From assembly GCA_947626285.1 (NCBI GenBank), contig CANQRR010000005.1:15256-79255 (forward strand): a stretch of DNA of 64,000 nt, given 5' to 3'. This document shows, in pieces, positions 10,478-21,630 of this stretch. Position numbers and translations under genes: made by a program. The notes under the pieces were generated by a model. It did not search any database and was not told where the DNA came from. It worked only from the letters and a program-made list of their open reading frames with translations. This DNA comes from an uncultured Lachnospiraceae bacterium (lineage in GTDB: Bacteria; Bacillota; Clostridia; Lachnospirales; Lachnospiraceae). The stretch's first letter is position 1. Every line of letters begins with the position of its first letter.

Positions 10478-12841
10478 TTATTTCCTCTCAAACTGTACGC
10501 GGATCTCCTGAAATCCCGTGTTGATCTCGATGTACTGCTCGATCATGTTTTTCATCGCCGTGAGCACCCTTGCCTGCGGATGCTTCACATACAGGATCTT
10601 TCGGTAGACGTCGTTGACCTTCGCCACAGCCTCGTCCGCCGGTCCTATGACGGCCGCCTCGCAGCGCTGCGCGATCCGCCGTGTGAATTTCGCCAGATAG
10701 CTGACCGCCACGCCAAGCTTCTCCGAATCCTCCGAAAAACAGTGCAGCGCCATCATGCCTCCCGCCGGCGGGTAGCCGGACAGCGCACGGTATTCCATCT
10801 CCTGCCGGTAGAATGACAGGTAATCCTGGTTTGCCGCGCAGCGGATCGCATAATTCTCCGGGACGTAGGTCTGGATCACGACCTCCCCGGCTTCCGCGCC
10901 CCTCCCGGCTCTTCCAGCCGCCTGGGTCAGAAGCTCAAACGTCCGCTCCGCCGCCTGATAGTCGGAGACATTCAAAGAGAGATCCGCCGCCAGTATGCCC
11001 ACCAGCGTCACATGCGGGAAATCGTGTCCCTTGACGATCATCTGCGTGCCGATCAGGATATCCGCCTCCCGGCTGCCGAACGCGCGCAGGATCTCGGCGT
11101 GCCCGTCCTGCCCGCGCGTGGTGTCCGCGTCCATGCGGAGCACGCGCGCATCCGGAAAACTCCGGCGGACCATCTCCTCCACCTGCTGCGTCCCGATCTT
11201 AAACCCGCCGATATACGGGGAATCACACTCCGGGCAGCGGCTGACCGCCGGGCGCTCGTATCCGCAGTAGTGGCAGACCAGTTTTCCGTTTCGGTGCAGG
11301 GACAGCGACACATCGCAGTGCGGACACTTGATCACATGCCCGCAGGAGCGGCAGGACACGAAGCCCGAATAACCTCTCCGGTTCAGAAACAGCATAATCT
11401 GCTGCCCCCGTTTCAGCCGGTCGTCCATCCGCTCATACAGAGCGCCGCTTACGATCGAACGGTTCCCTTCCCGAAGCTCTTCGCACATATCGACAATGCG
11501 CACCTCGGGGAGCGTCCCGCCGGTCGCCCTCTGTTCCATCGTAAAGAGCCTGCTGCGCCCGCTCTCCGCTTCAAAATATGCCTCCAGCGAAGGCGTCGCC
11601 GAACCGAGCACCAGCTTCGCGCCCTCCAGCGCGGCGCGCTTTTGCGCAGTCTCCCGCGCGTGGTAGCGCGGAACCGCCTCGCTCTTGTACGAAGACTCAT
11701 GTTCCTCATCTATGATAATGATACCCAGTTTTTGAAACGGGGTAAACAGCGCGGACCTCGGCCCGATCATCACATCGATGTCGCCTGTGCGCGCCCGTTC
11801 AAACTGATCGTAGCGCTCCGCCTGCGACAGGCGGGAATGCAGGATCGAAATGCGGTCGCCAAAGCGGTGGTAAAAGCGGATCACATTCTGGTAGGTCAGT
11901 GAGATCTCCGGGATCAGCAGAATCGCCTGTCTCCCCATGCGCAGCGCCGCGTCGATCAGCTCCATGTAGACTGCGGTTTTGCCGCTGCCCGTGACGCCGT
12001 GGATCAGGTATTCGCGGCGGTCCGGATCGTCCCACTCGCTCAAGACCGTATCGACGATCCTCTGCTGTTCATGATTGAGATGGATCCTCACCGGATTCTT
12101 TTTCAGGCTTATCCCGTCCGGAGGCTCCGCCCGTCCCGCTTCCTGCGGCGGTTCTCCCGCGTGCTGTGCAGGCCAGCCAGGTTCACCCGCATGTTCCGTC
12201 TGTCCGGCGCCTATTTCCCCGGCGCTTTCGCTCTCCGCTCGGAGCCGCCGCAGCACCGCCGGGGTCCGGTAGACCTGCTCTGATTCACAGGCGATCACCC
12301 CCTGCTCTTCGAGCGCATGCAGCACGGCCGCCGTGATCTTCAGGCTTCCCGTCACCACCTCATAGGGCAGGGCACCTTCCCCTACCAAAGCCTCCAAAAG
12401 CCGCGCCCGCGCCGTTTGGTGCTTCTTCCGGAAAAAATCCAGCTTCGCAAGCGCCTCCGCGCGCGGCAGCTTCAGCACGACAGTCTTTTTCTTCCGCTGC
12501 GCCGCCTTTTGCCGGAACGGCAGGACCGTGCGCAGCGCCTGCACCGTCGTGCATCCGTAGTAATCGCGCATCCAGAGCGCCAGCGCCGTGAGCTTCGACT
12601 CTGCCCCTGCAAGCTTTGTCTCGATCCGCGTGATCTCCTTTAGTTTCTCCGGCGGACAGGAACTGTAATCCGTGATCCGCATCACATATCCCTTCGTCGG
12701 CCGGTCGCCGCGCCCGAACGGGACTTCGACGACGTTCCCCGGCTCCAGCACGCTCTGCAGCGCCTCCGGCACCCGGTACTGGAACGTCTGGTCCAGCCTG
12801 CTGTGTGAGATATCAATGATGATGTCCGCGAAACATTCCAT
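10478..12841 (-). CDS. priA: Primosomal protein N' (replication restart helicase)
   Basis: GVTGSGKT, DEEH, NRRGY and four CxxC Zn motifs; carries a ~40-aa G/E/A/P-rich insert near 12120-12240. Confidence 0.97.
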   Translation of the reverse strand: MECFADIIIDISHSRLDQTFQYRVPEALQSVLEPGNVVEVPFGRGDRPTKGYVMRITDYSSCPPEKLKEITRIETKLAGAESKLTALALWMRDYYGCTTVQALRTVLPFRQKAAQRKKKTVVLKLPRAEALAKLDFFRKKHQTARARLLEALVGEGALPYEVVTGSLKITAAVLHALEEQGVIACESEQVYRTPAVLRRLRAESESAGEIGAGQTEHAGEPGWPAQHAGEPPQEAGRAEPPDGISLKKNPVRIHLNHEQQRIVDTVLSEWDDPDRREYLIHGVTGSGKTAVYMELIDAALRMGRQAILLIPEISLTYQNVIRFYHRFGDRISILHSRLSQAERYDQFERARTGDIDVMIGPRSALFTPFQKLGIIIIDEEHESSYKSEAVPRYHARETAQKRAALEGAKLVLGSATPSLEAYFEAESGRSRLFTMEQRATGGTLPEVRIVDMCEELREGNRSIVSGALYERMDDRLKRGQQIMLFLNRRGYSGFVSCRSCGHVIKCPHCDVSLSLHRNGKLVCHYCGYERPAVSRCPECDSPYIGGFKIGTQQVEEMVRRSFPDARVLRMDADTTRGQDGHAEILRAFGSREADILIGTQMIVKGHDFPHVTLVGILAADLSLNVSDYQAAERTFELLTQAAGRAGRGAEAGEVVIQTYVPENYAIRCAANQDYLSFYRQEMEYRALSGYPPAGGMMALHCFSEDSEKLGVAVSYLAKFTRRIAQRCEAAVIGPADEAVAKVNDVYRKILYVKHPQARVLTAMKNMIEQYIEINTGFQEIRVQFERK

Positions 12842-12849
12842 AGAATTCT

Positions 12850-14328
12850 CTATCTTCCTTCCAGAATCTCCCTGATCAGCACCCGCTCATCCATCGGATA
12901 ATGTTTGCCCTCGATCTCCTGGTAATCCTCATGCCCCTTGCCGGCGAGCACCACGATATCGCCCGGCTCTCCGTGATGGATCGCGTAGGCGATCGCCTCC
13001 TTGCGGTCCGTGATCTTCACGTATTTCCCATCGGTCTTCTCCATACCGGTGATGATGTCCGCGATGATGTCCTCCGGCTTCTCATAGCGCGGATTGTCGG
13101 AGGTAATAATCGTCAGGTCCGCCAGACGGCCCGACACCTCGCCCATCTCATAGCGGCGCAGCTTGGAGCGGTTCCCCCCGCAGCCGAAAAGGCAGACCAG
13201 ACGGTGCGGATGGTATTCCCGCAGCGTCGTCAGCAGGCTCTCCAGCGCCATCGCGTTGTGCGCGTAGTCGATCATCAGCGTAAACTCATCGGACACCTTT
13301 ACCATCTCCACGCGCCCCTTGACCTTCGCGGTCTTCAGCGCCTTCTGGATATCCTCCGTCGCCACCCTGAAATGCCGGCAGATCGCGATGGCCGTCAGCG
13401 AATTGTAGACGCTGAACTTGCCCGGAATGTCGATCTCGACGTCAAACTCCGCCGGTTCCTTCTCTTCCGTGCCCCTGCACACCGCGTGATACGCGATCCC
13501 CAGATAGCCCGGCCGAGACACCAACTGCAGATCCTCCGCGTGAATGTCCGCCTTCTCCGACAGACCGAAACTCTCGATCTCACAGGTATGTCCCTTCAGA
13601 ATCGCGTCCAGATGCGCGTCGTCCGCGTTCACGATGCCAAGCCTGCACTGCCGGAACAGCCTGCTCTTGCACTCGATGTAATCCTCAAAACTCGCGTGCT
13701 CCGCCGGTCCGATGTGATCCGGCTCAATATTTGTAAAAATGCCCAGTTCAAACGGGATCCCGGCCGTCCGGTGCAGCATCAGTCCCTGAGAGGACACCTC
13801 CATCACGACGATCTGGCAGCCCGCGTCCGCCATGCGCCGGAAATATTCCTGTATCGTGTAGGACTCCGGCGTCGTGTGCTCCGCCGGGATCGCTTCATCC
13901 CCGATGATAATCTCGATCGTCCCGATCAGCCCGACCTTGTAACCCGCCGACTCCAGGATCGACTTCACCATGTAGGTCGTCGTCGTCTTGCCCTTCGTAC
14001 CCGTGATGCCGATGATCTTCATCTCATTTGCCGGATAGTCGAAATAGGCTGCCGAGATCAGCGCCATCGCATAGCGCGAATCCTCCACCTGCACGACCGT
14101 CACGTCCGCCGGCGCCTCCACCGGCTCCTCGACGACAAGCACCTTTGCGCCCTTCGCCACGACGTCCGGCACGAACTTATGCCCGTCCGTGACTGCTCCG
14201 CGGATGCAGAAGAAAAGCGAGCCCTCCTCCACCTTTCTGGAATCGTTGATCACATTCTTCACTTCCACGTCTGCCGGCCCCTGCAGGATCCTGCAGTCTA
14301 TCTGCTCCAAAAGTTTCGTCAGTTTCAT
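12850..14328 (-). CDS. murE: UDP-MurNAc-L-Ala-D-Glu:meso-diaminopimelate ligase
   Basis: GITGTKGKTTT, MEVSS, DYAHN and SDNPR (DAP-type) motifs; probable start MKLTKLL at 14328. Confidence 0.96.
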   Translation of the reverse strand: MKLTKLLEQIDCRILQGPADVEVKNVINDSRKVEEGSLFFCIRGAVTDGHKFVPDVVAKGAKVLVVEEPVEAPADVTVVQVEDSRYAMALISAAYFDYPANEMKIIGITGTKGKTTTTYMVKSILESAGYKVGLIGTIEIIIGDEAIPAEHTTPESYTIQEYFRRMADAGCQIVVMEVSSQGLMLHRTAGIPFELGIFTNIEPDHIGPAEHASFEDYIECKSRLFRQCRLGIVNADDAHLDAILKGHTCEIESFGLSEKADIHAEDLQLVSRPGYLGIAYHAVCRGTEEKEPAEFDVEIDIPGKFSVYNSLTAIAICRHFRVATEDIQKALKTAKVKGRVEMVKVSDEFTLMIDYAHNAMALESLLTTLREYHPHRLVCLFGCGGNRSKLRRYEMGEVSGRLADLTIITSDNPRYEKPEDIIADIITGMEKTDGKYVKITDRKEAIAYAIHHGEPGDIVVLAGKGHEDYQEIEGKHYPMDERVLIREILEGR

Positions 14329-14584
14329 TCCGGATATCCTCCACCCGTCTATGTTCCTTCTATAAGTATGACGCCCGAACCGAAAGATACCATGCGAATC
14401 GCGCGGCGCTTTGCAGACGCGGCGTAGTTCCCGGCTCTCGGCTCCGGCATCATAATAGTTTATCATGTTTGCGTGGATACGACAAGAAAATTTATCACAA
14501 AAATAGGCATTGCCTTTGGGGGGCAGATTTGTTAATGTATGAATAGAGAAATTTTCTCAGACCCGGGACAAGAGGAAGCACCGC

Positions 14585-15625
14585 ATGCAAAACTATTATG
14601 AGATTCTCGGCGTCAGCCGCCGCGCCAGCCAGGACGAGATCAAGAACGCCTACCGAAAGCTGGCAAAAAAATATCACCCCGACTCCTCCGGAAGCCGTGA
14701 GGACAAGGAGCGCTTTCAGGAGATCCAGGAGGCGTACGCCGTCCTCTCCAACGAAAAAAAGCGCAAGACCTACGACTACTACGGGCACGAAGCCTACCGG
14801 AAGAGCTACTACGCGCAGCACGCGGACGACTCGCCGGAGTACGGACAGGGCGAGCATGAGCACTGCGGTGCCTGCGGAGGGCATGGACATGGCGGAGACG
14901 ACGCCTGCGGCGGACACGAGCACGGCCGCAGCGGCTGTGCTGGAAGCTGCGGTGGGCACGAACACGGCGGGCATGACTGTGACGGGGATTGTGAAAACTG
15001 CGGGAACCACAGCGAACCCGCTCCATTTACCGAAACGTTTAAGCATGTGGTTCGCGTTGCCGTATGGCTGGAGATGGAGGAGACCTTCCGGGAGGTCGTC
15101 AAGGACGCCGTCCTGACGGAGCGCGCCGGAGACGTCTTCGCCGTTTTCAAAAAACCGGAGGCGGACAGGACCTGGCGTTTCCAGGTGAAGATCCCGGCAA
15201 ACACCTACGAAAGACAGAATTTTCCACTTGAGGACGTCATCGTCGGCAATGAGGAGCTGATCGAATATCTGCACGAAAACTATCCGGACAACTGCTACGT
15301 GGCGATCATTCTCCTGCGGGACAAGCCCGGTTATACCAGGCAGGCGTACCATCTTTACCTGGATTATCCGATCGATTTCCACACACTGGTGCTGGGCGGG
15401 ACGATAAGAGTCTCCTCCGTCACCGGAGACTTTACCTTTGAGGTTCCCGCGGGCACTTCTCTGGAGCGGAAACTGCGCATCCCGAACATGGGGCTGAATT
15501 ATCCTCCGGAGATCGGCGTGCGCGGCGATCTGTACCTGAATCTGCACCTGAAGATCCCCAAAAGCCTGACCGAAGCACAGAGAACCGCACTGGAACATCT
15601 GCGCAGCGCGTTTTCTGCCAAATAA
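14585..15625 (+). CDS. J-domain (DnaJ/CbpA-like) co-chaperone with a His/Cys-rich insert
   Basis: N-terminal J domain with HPD motif; DnaJ C-terminal domain ([17 protein letters not shown]); no CxxCxGxG zinc finger; His/Cys/Gly-rich segment at 14852-15010. Confidence 0.88.
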   Translation: MQNYYEILGVSRRASQDEIKNAYRKLAKKYHPDSSGSREDKERFQEIQEAYAVLSNEKKRKTYDYYGHEAYRKSYYAQHADDSPEYGQGEHEHCGACGGHGHGGDDACGGHEHGRSGCAGSCGGHEHGGHDCDGDCENCGNHSEPAPFTETFKHVVRVAVWLEMEETFREVVKDAVLTERAGDVFAVFKKPEADRTWRFQVKIPANTYERQNFPLEDVIVGNEELIEYLHENYPDNCYVAIILLRDKPGYTRQAYHLYLDYPIDFHTLVLGGTIRVSSVTGDFTFEVPAGTSLERKLRIPNMGLNYPPEIGVRGDLYLNLHLKIPKSLTEAQRTALEHLRSAFSAK

Positions 15626-15674
15626 TAAATAAGCATCTATGCCGCCCGATGTCGGCGGCGGAAAGGAGGCTCCT

Positions 15675-16535
15675 GTGAAATTTTCATTCAAAGAAGACGG
15701 GAAAAGACTCATCGTAATCTGCATCGCAGCCGTGATCATGGCGGCGAACATCGCCACCTTCGTGCGCATCGGCGGTCTGTACCCTGGCGGGGCGACCGGC
15801 CTGACGGTCCTGATTCAGCGGGCCGCAAGGCTCTTCTTCCACATTCAGATCCCCTACACGCCGATCAACCTGCTGCTGAACGCGGTCCCGGTCTACATCG
15901 GCTTCCGCTACATCGGGAAGAAGTTCACGCTGTACTCCTGCCTTGTCATCGTACTGACCGGCGTGCTGACCGACCTGATCCCACAGTACGCGCTCACCTA
16001 CGACACCCTGCTGATCAGCGTGTTTGGCGGCATCGTCAGCGGCACCGCCACCAGCCTGTGTCTGCTGATGGACGCGACAACCGGCGGCACGGACTTCATC
16101 GCCATCTTCCTGTCTGAAAAGAAGGGCGTGGACTCCTGGAACATCATCCTCGGCATCAACGTCGTCATTCTCTCCGCGGCCGGGCTGCTCTTCGGCTGGG
16201 ACAAGGCGCTGTACTCGATCATTTTCCAGTTTACGTCCACGCAGGTGCTGCACATCCTGTACCAGAAATACCAGCGAAAGACTTTGTTCATCGTCACGGA
16301 CCACCCGACGGAAGTCTGCGAAGCGATCTGGAAGCTCAGCGGCCACGGCGCGACGATCCTCGATGGCAAAGGCTCCTATGAGCACGCCACGCGGAGCATC
16401 GTCTACTCGGTCGTCTCCAGCGCGGAATCCAAGAAAGTGATCCGCACCGTCAAGGAGGCCGACCCGCAGGCGTTCATCAACGCGATCCGCACCGAGCAGC
16501 TCAGCGGACGCTTTTACAACAAGCCGACGGACTAG
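15675..16535 (+). CDS. YitT family membrane protein (DUF2179 C-terminus)
   Basis: GGATG, ATTGGTD and GKGSY motifs; several TM helices; GTG start behind an AGGAGG RBS. Confidence 0.9.
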   Translation: MKFSFKEDGKRLIVICIAAVIMAANIATFVRIGGLYPGGATGLTVLIQRAARLFFHIQIPYTPINLLLNAVPVYIGFRYIGKKFTLYSCLVIVLTGVLTDLIPQYALTYDTLLISVFGGIVSGTATSLCLLMDATTGGTDFIAIFLSEKKGVDSWNIILGINVVILSAAGLLFGWDKALYSIIFQFTSTQVLHILYQKYQRKTLFIVTDHPTEVCEAIWKLSGHGATILDGKGSYEHATRSIVYSVVSSAESKKVIRTVKEADPQAFINAIRTEQLSGRFYNKPTD

Positions 16536-16619
16536 TCGTCCAAGTTGTACCTTTTACACAGTTCAGACATTTTTGCATCTTTGAATTGCTACACTTTTGA
16601 CGATTTTAAAAGAATCCGG

Positions 16620-16648
16620 TTGATTTTCTTTGTTTCTCTATGTATAAT
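16620..16648 (+). promoter_or_regulatory. Sigma-A promoter of pckA
   Basis: TTGATT-17 bp-TATAAT. Confidence 0.65.
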
Positions 16649-16692
16649 ACCGTAGGAACAAAAAACAAATACAAGAAAAGAAAAGAGGTTAC

Positions 16693-18300
16693 ATGATGGC
16701 AGAGATCAATTTAAGCAAGTACGGCATTTCCGGAACTACTGAGATCGTGCGTAATCCTTCCTTTGAGACACTGTTCGAGGAAGAGATGAAGCCGGGTCTT
16801 GAGGGCTACGAGAAGGGCCAGGTGAGTGAGCTTGGCGCTGTGAACGTTATGACGGGTATCTACACCGGACGTTCCCCGAAAGACAAATTCATCGTGATGG
16901 ACGAGAATTCCAAGGACACCGTATGGTGGACGACTCCCGAGTATCCGAACGACAACCATCCGGCATCCAGGGAGACCTGGGCGGCAGTCAAGGAGCTTGC
17001 GCTCAAAGAGCTCTCCAACAAGAGACTTTTCGTGATGGATACGTTCTGCGGCACGAACAAGGACACCCGCATGGCGATCCGTTTCATCGTTGAGGTGGCG
17101 TGGCAGGCGCACTTCATCAAGAATATGTTCATCCAGCCGTCCGAGGAGGAGCTGGCAAACTTCGAGCCGGATTTCGTTGTGTACAACGCTTCCAAGGCAA
17201 AGGTTGAGAACTACAAGGAGCTGGGCCTGAATTCCGAGACGGCTGTCGTGTTCAACATCACGAGCCGCGAGCAGGTCATCCTGAATACATGGTATGGCGG
17301 CGAGATGAAGAAGGGTATGTTCTCCATGATGAACTACTATCTGCCGCTGAAGGGCATCGCTTCCATGCACTGCTCCGCGAACACCGATATGGACGGCAAG
17401 AACACCGCGATCTTCTTCGGCCTCTCCGGCACCGGCAAGACCACCCTTTCCACAGACCCGAAGCGTCTGCTGATCGGCGACGACGAGCACGGCTGGGACG
17501 ACAACGGCGTGTTCAACTTTGAGGGCGGCTGCTACGCGAAGGTCATCAACCTCGACAAAGAGTCCGAGCCGGACATCTACAACGCGATCAAGCGCAACGC
17601 GCTTCTTGAAAACGTTACTCTGGACGAGAACGGCAAGATCGATTTCGCCGACAAGAGCGTGACCGAGAACACCCGTGTCTCCTATCCGATCAACCACATT
17701 GAGAAGATCGTTCGTCCGGTATCCGCAGCTCCGGCAGCGAAGAATGTCATCTTCCTGTCCGCAGACGCGTTCGGCGTACTTCCGCCGGTATCCGTTCTGA
17801 CTCCGGAGCAGACGCAGTACTACTTCCTGTCCGGCTTCACAGCGAAGCTCGCAGGTACCGAGCGCGGCATCACCGAGCCGACCCCGACCTTCTCCGCATG
17901 CTTCGGCCAGGCGTTCCTCGAGCTGCATCCGACGAAGTACGCGGAAGAGCTCGTCAAGAGAATGCAGGCGAGCGGCGCGAAGGCTTACCTCGTGAACACC
18001 GGCTGGAACGGCACAGGCAAGCGTATCTCCATCAAGGATACCCGCGGCATCATCGACGCGATCCTCAACGGCGACATCCTGAACGCTGAGACGAAGAAGA
18101 TCCCATACTTCAACTTCGAGGTACCGACCGCTCTTCCGGGAGTCGACACGAACATCCTCGACCCGCGCAACACCTACGCAGACGCTTCCGAGTGGGAGAC
18201 AAAGGCGAAGGATCTGGCGCAGCGCTTCATCAAGAACTTCGCGAAGTACGAAAGCAACGAGCACGGCAAGGCTCTGGTAGCCGCCGGTCCGCAGCTGTAA
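16693..18300 (+). CDS. pckA: Phosphoenolpyruvate carboxykinase (ATP)
   Basis: [36 protein letters not shown] and NFEGGCYAK motifs. Confidence 0.98.
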   Translation: MMAEINLSKYGISGTTEIVRNPSFETLFEEEMKPGLEGYEKGQVSELGAVNVMTGIYTGRSPKDKFIVMDENSKDTVWWTTPEYPNDNHPASRETWAAVKELALKELSNKRLFVMDTFCGTNKDTRMAIRFIVEVAWQAHFIKNMFIQPSEEELANFEPDFVVYNASKAKVENYKELGLNSETAVVFNITSREQVILNTWYGGEMKKGMFSMMNYYLPLKGIASMHCSANTDMDGKNTAIFFGLSGTGKTTLSTDPKRLLIGDDEHGWDDNGVFNFEGGCYAKVINLDKESEPDIYNAIKRNALLENVTLDENGKIDFADKSVTENTRVSYPINHIEKIVRPVSAAPAAKNVIFLSADAFGVLPPVSVLTPEQTQYYFLSGFTAKLAGTERGITEPTPTFSACFGQAFLELHPTKYAEELVKRMQASGAKAYLVNTGWNGTGKRISIKDTRGIIDAILNGDILNAETKKIPYFNFEVPTALPGVDTNILDPRNTYADASEWETKAKDLAQRFIKNFAKYESNEHGKALVAAGPQL

Positions 18301-18328
18301 GAAGCGTTTCCGATCGACACATAAGCAT

Positions 18329-18372
18329 AAAAATGCCCGGCCGCCTGTCTTCAGGTCGCCGGGTGTTTTTGC
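18329..18372 (+). terminator. Intrinsic (probably bidirectional) terminator between pckA and the convergent DUF2974 gene
   Basis: AAAAATGCCCGG..CCTG-TCTT-CAGG..CCGGGTGTTTTT. Confidence 0.8.
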
Positions 18373-18382
18373 CTTTTGCGTA

Positions 18383-19459
18383 TCACTTCGTTTTCCTGGA
18401 TGCCAGCAGCCCACGAAGAACCTCCCAGAACTGCTTCCGCCTCTCCTTTTCCATTTTTTGAAATCTTCTGACCACCGCCCGCGCCAAGATGGCCGGCTGC
18501 TGAAACAGATCGTACACATTCCGGGCTCTGGTCGAACGGATGAGCTCATACAGCGTATCGACGAACAGCGCTGCCTGTTCCGCGGAGAGGGCGCGAAGCC
18601 TCTCGTCAAGCTTTCTGTTTCTCCTGCTGCTCTTCTTTCGGAGCTGTCTTTTATACCAGAAACGCGAACCGCGGATCTTCCACTGCATCAGGTCATGCTG
18701 GACAAATCCTCCCTTATAGCCCGCCACCACGCGATAATCCCGATAACTTGAAAACATCATTCCAAACACCGACTGCTCCGGCACGATCTTGCAGTACCGG
18801 TCCCGGATCCTCAGAAAACCTGGTGTCTCATAAAAATGCCGCCACAGACCGGGCCCGTCGAAGCTGTAGACGCGGCGGATCCGTTCCTGCACCGCCTGCG
18901 GGACAAATGACGCGGCGTAGATCGCCAGATTGCCGCCTTTCGAATGTCCGCCCACGATCATCCGCCCGTCCGTATAGCGCGCGACGCCTTTTACATAGTC
19001 CAGCGCCCGCTTCTGGGACGGTACCAAACGCATGAAGCTCATGTTGAAATCTTCTTTCCAGCCCACCAGATGCTCGTCCGTCCCGCGGAACGCCACAAAC
19101 ACACTGCTTTTTCCCAGAAAGAATGTGATCGCCGCGAACTGCGCCTCGCGCTCCTCATCGATCCACTCGACAAAATAGTTGACCCGGACCTGCCCGAAGC
19201 GCCGGCTTCCCGAGATCAGCGTGAACGCCTCACGGTACGACTCCCCGTAGACCGGATCGGAAAACAGATGCTCCCAGCCCGGCTTCCTCTTGATATCCTC
19301 CCAGCTCATCGCATCGCCGCGGTTGAAGCCCGGCACGATGCCGTCGAACTTCATGTATACCAACAGTGCCAGCACCAGCGCGTCCACCTCGGAAAATGGC
19401 ATCTCGCGAAAACTGCGATCCCCGAATTCCCGGAGATATTTCATCAGATTATTTTTCAA
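18383..19459 (-). CDS. DUF2974/Mbeg1-like alpha/beta hydrolase
   Basis: FSEVDAL, QFAAITF, AFRGTD, GWKEDFNM and GHSKGG (GxSxG) motifs. Confidence 0.88.
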   Translation of the reverse strand: MKNNLMKYLREFGDRSFREMPFSEVDALVLALLVYMKFDGIVPGFNRGDAMSWEDIKRKPGWEHLFSDPVYGESYREAFTLISGSRRFGQVRVNYFVEWIDEEREAQFAAITFFLGKSSVFVAFRGTDEHLVGWKEDFNMSFMRLVPSQKRALDYVKGVARYTDGRMIVGGHSKGGNLAIYAASFVPQAVQERIRRVYSFDGPGLWRHFYETPGFLRIRDRYCKIVPEQSVFGMMFSSYRDYRVVAGYKGGFVQHDLMQWKIRGSRFWYKRQLRKKSSRRNRKLDERLRALSAEQAALFVDTLYELIRSTRARNVYDLFQQPAILARAVVRRFQKMEKERRKQFWEVLRGLLASRKTK

Positions 19460-19477
19460 GACAAATCTTTTCCTTCC

Positions 19478-21499
19478 TCACATCTTCTCAAACACCGGCA
19501 TATACTCGATCGGCGCGTCCACGCTCACCGTCGTGCCGCCCGCGTAGGTCTCGCCCGTGGATGTCAGCTTCCACTCTCCCGCCGGCAGGTAAACCGTACG
19601 GCTGAACTCGTTCAGATGAAGGATCGGCGCCACCAGGTACCGGTCGCCGAACATGTACTGATCCTGCAGCTCCCAGCACTTCGCGTCGTCCGGGAACTCG
19701 TAGAACATCGCGCGGATCAGCGGCGAACCGTCCGTGTGCGCTTCCTCATAGAGCTTTTTGATGTAATCGTGCATGGAAATGCGCAGCTCATAATACTTTT
19801 TCATAATGGCGTAATTTTCCTCGCCGTAGCTCCAGAGCTCGTTCGGCTGGCCGGTGTGCAGGTAACCGCCGCCCCAATCGCGCTCGTCAAGCGGCGGGAT
19901 GTTGTACGGACCCCGGTCGCCGTGCATGCGCAGCACCGCAGAGTACACCGCGAACTGGTACCAGCGGATCAGAAGCTGGCGGAAATCCGGGTCGTTCACA
20001 TCGTCCGTCATAAAGCCGCCGATGTCGGTGGTCCACCAGGGGATCCCCGCAAGGCCCATGTTCAGGCCGCACTGAAGCTGATCGGCCAGCGCCTCGAATG
20101 TGCTGGGCACATCGCCCGACCACACCACGTTGCCGTATTTCTGTGAGCCCGCCCACGCGCAGCGCAGCAGGTTCACCACCGGCTTGCCGAGCGGCTTCAT
20201 CTCATCGTAGAACACGCGGCTGTACATCTGCGGGTACAGGTTGCTGATGGAGAGCGCCGGGCCGTCGCAGTAGCGGTAGTTCTCGAAATCATACACGCCG
20301 TAATCCGGCTCGGAATTGTCCAGCCAGAACGCGTCAATGCCATAATCATAGTAATTCTTTTTGCACACTTCCCAGACGTATTTTCTTGTCTCCGGATTGA
20401 ACGGATCGATCTCCACGCAGTCGCCCTGGTAGTCGTAGGTCTGCGCCGCGCCGCGCTCCGTCCTGATGAGCAGGCCGCGCTCCATCATCGGGCCAAAGTT
20501 CTCGCTCTTGCGGTCCACCGACGGCCAGATGGATACGATCACGCGGATGCCCATGGAGTGCAGCTCATCCACCATCGCCTTGGGATCCGGCCAGTATTTC
20601 CTGTCAAACTTCCAATCGCCCTGCACCGTCCAGTGGAAGAAGTCGATGACGATCTGGTCGATCTTGATGCCTTCCTTTTGGTACTGGCGCGCGACGCTGA
20701 GCACCTCGTCCTGCGTGCGGTAGCGCAGCTTGCACTGCCACAGGCCCATCAGCTCCTCCGGAAACATGTCGGCACGCCCGGTGACGTCCGTGTAGTTTTT
20801 CAGGATCTGCTTCGGCGCGTCCGCCACGGTGATCCAGTAATCCATCTCACGCGTGGAGCGCGCGATCCACTCCGTATAGTTCTTGCCGAAGGTCACGCTG
20901 CCCACGGCCGGATTGTTCCAGAGGAAACCGTAGCCGAGCGAGGACACGGCAAACGGCACGGAGATCTGCGAATTGCGCTGCGCGAGCTCCAGAGCGCAGC
21001 CCTTCAGATCCAGATACGGCTGCTGATACTGCCCCATGCCGAAAAGCTTCTCGCCGTCGTTGCTCTCAAACTTCAGGTTCAGGGAATACTCGCTGCCGCC
21101 GATGACGCCCTTCCACTCGCGGTTGATCACCTTCAGGCAGCGGCTGCCGCGCGAGAGCGTGCCATCGTACATGCGGTAATATTCCCGCAGGATCAGCTTA
21201 TCGTCGCGGTAGAATGAGATGATACCCACAAAATTTACCACCGCCTTCAGGCGCCCGTTCTCGATCGTGGCGATCTCGCGCTTGTCGATCGTGCCGTCGC
21301 CCACCCAGTGGTCTTCTTCCTCAATGCGCACCTTTACGTCCGCATCGGAGGGCTGTTCCGTGAGCGCCCACACGTTGTCCGTGAATCTTCCCAGCATCGT
21401 GGAGCGAACCCGGAAGGAATCCTTCCCCCACGCCTCGATCCTGCACATCTCCCCCTGATGATAAAATACCAGGGCGTTGCCCTCGTTCACAAATCTCAT
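19478..21499 (-). CDS. GH31 glycoside hydrolase (alpha-xylosidase-like)
   Basis: WQCKLRY, IDFFHW, WLDNSEP (nucleophile), WSGD and TDIGGF motifs. Confidence 0.9.
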   Translation of the reverse strand: MRFVNEGNALVFYHQGEMCRIEAWGKDSFRVRSTMLGRFTDNVWALTEQPSDADVKVRIEEEDHWVGDGTIDKREIATIENGRLKAVVNFVGIISFYRDDKLILREYYRMYDGTLSRGSRCLKVINREWKGVIGGSEYSLNLKFESNDGEKLFGMGQYQQPYLDLKGCALELAQRNSQISVPFAVSSLGYGFLWNNPAVGSVTFGKNYTEWIARSTREMDYWITVADAPKQILKNYTDVTGRADMFPEELMGLWQCKLRYRTQDEVLSVARQYQKEGIKIDQIVIDFFHWTVQGDWKFDRKYWPDPKAMVDELHSMGIRVIVSIWPSVDRKSENFGPMMERGLLIRTERGAAQTYDYQGDCVEIDPFNPETRKYVWEVCKKNYYDYGIDAFWLDNSEPDYGVYDFENYRYCDGPALSISNLYPQMYSRVFYDEMKPLGKPVVNLLRCAWAGSQKYGNVVWSGDVPSTFEALADQLQCGLNMGLAGIPWWTTDIGGFMTDDVNDPDFRQLLIRWYQFAVYSAVLRMHGDRGPYNIPPLDERDWGGGYLHTGQPNELWSYGEENYAIMKKYYELRISMHDYIKKLYEEAHTDGSPLIRAMFYEFPDDAKCWELQDQYMFGDRYLVAPILHLNEFSRTVYLPAGEWKLTSTGETYAGGTTVSVDAPIEYMPVFEKM

Positions 21500-21630
21500 A
21501 TCACTCCTCCTTGTCTCCTTACAAAACCCTGCCCATTCCTGCTTTGCTTTACGTGATCTCCCTGCACAGCTTTACCGGGCTTACTTCTGTTTTTCCCAAA
21601 AGTGGTGGCAATGGACTACATCGGTCTCTC

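Noticed and set aside
14518-14523. G6 run in the putative promoter spacer of the J-protein gene as a phase-variation tract
   Set aside because: The run is too short and the promoter match (TTGCCT-17-TAATGT) is weak.
14754-14761. In-frame A-AAA-AAG slippery heptamer at the end of the J domain
   Set aside because: No upstream SD-like stimulator or downstream hairpin is visible, and EKK codons produce this motif often by chance.
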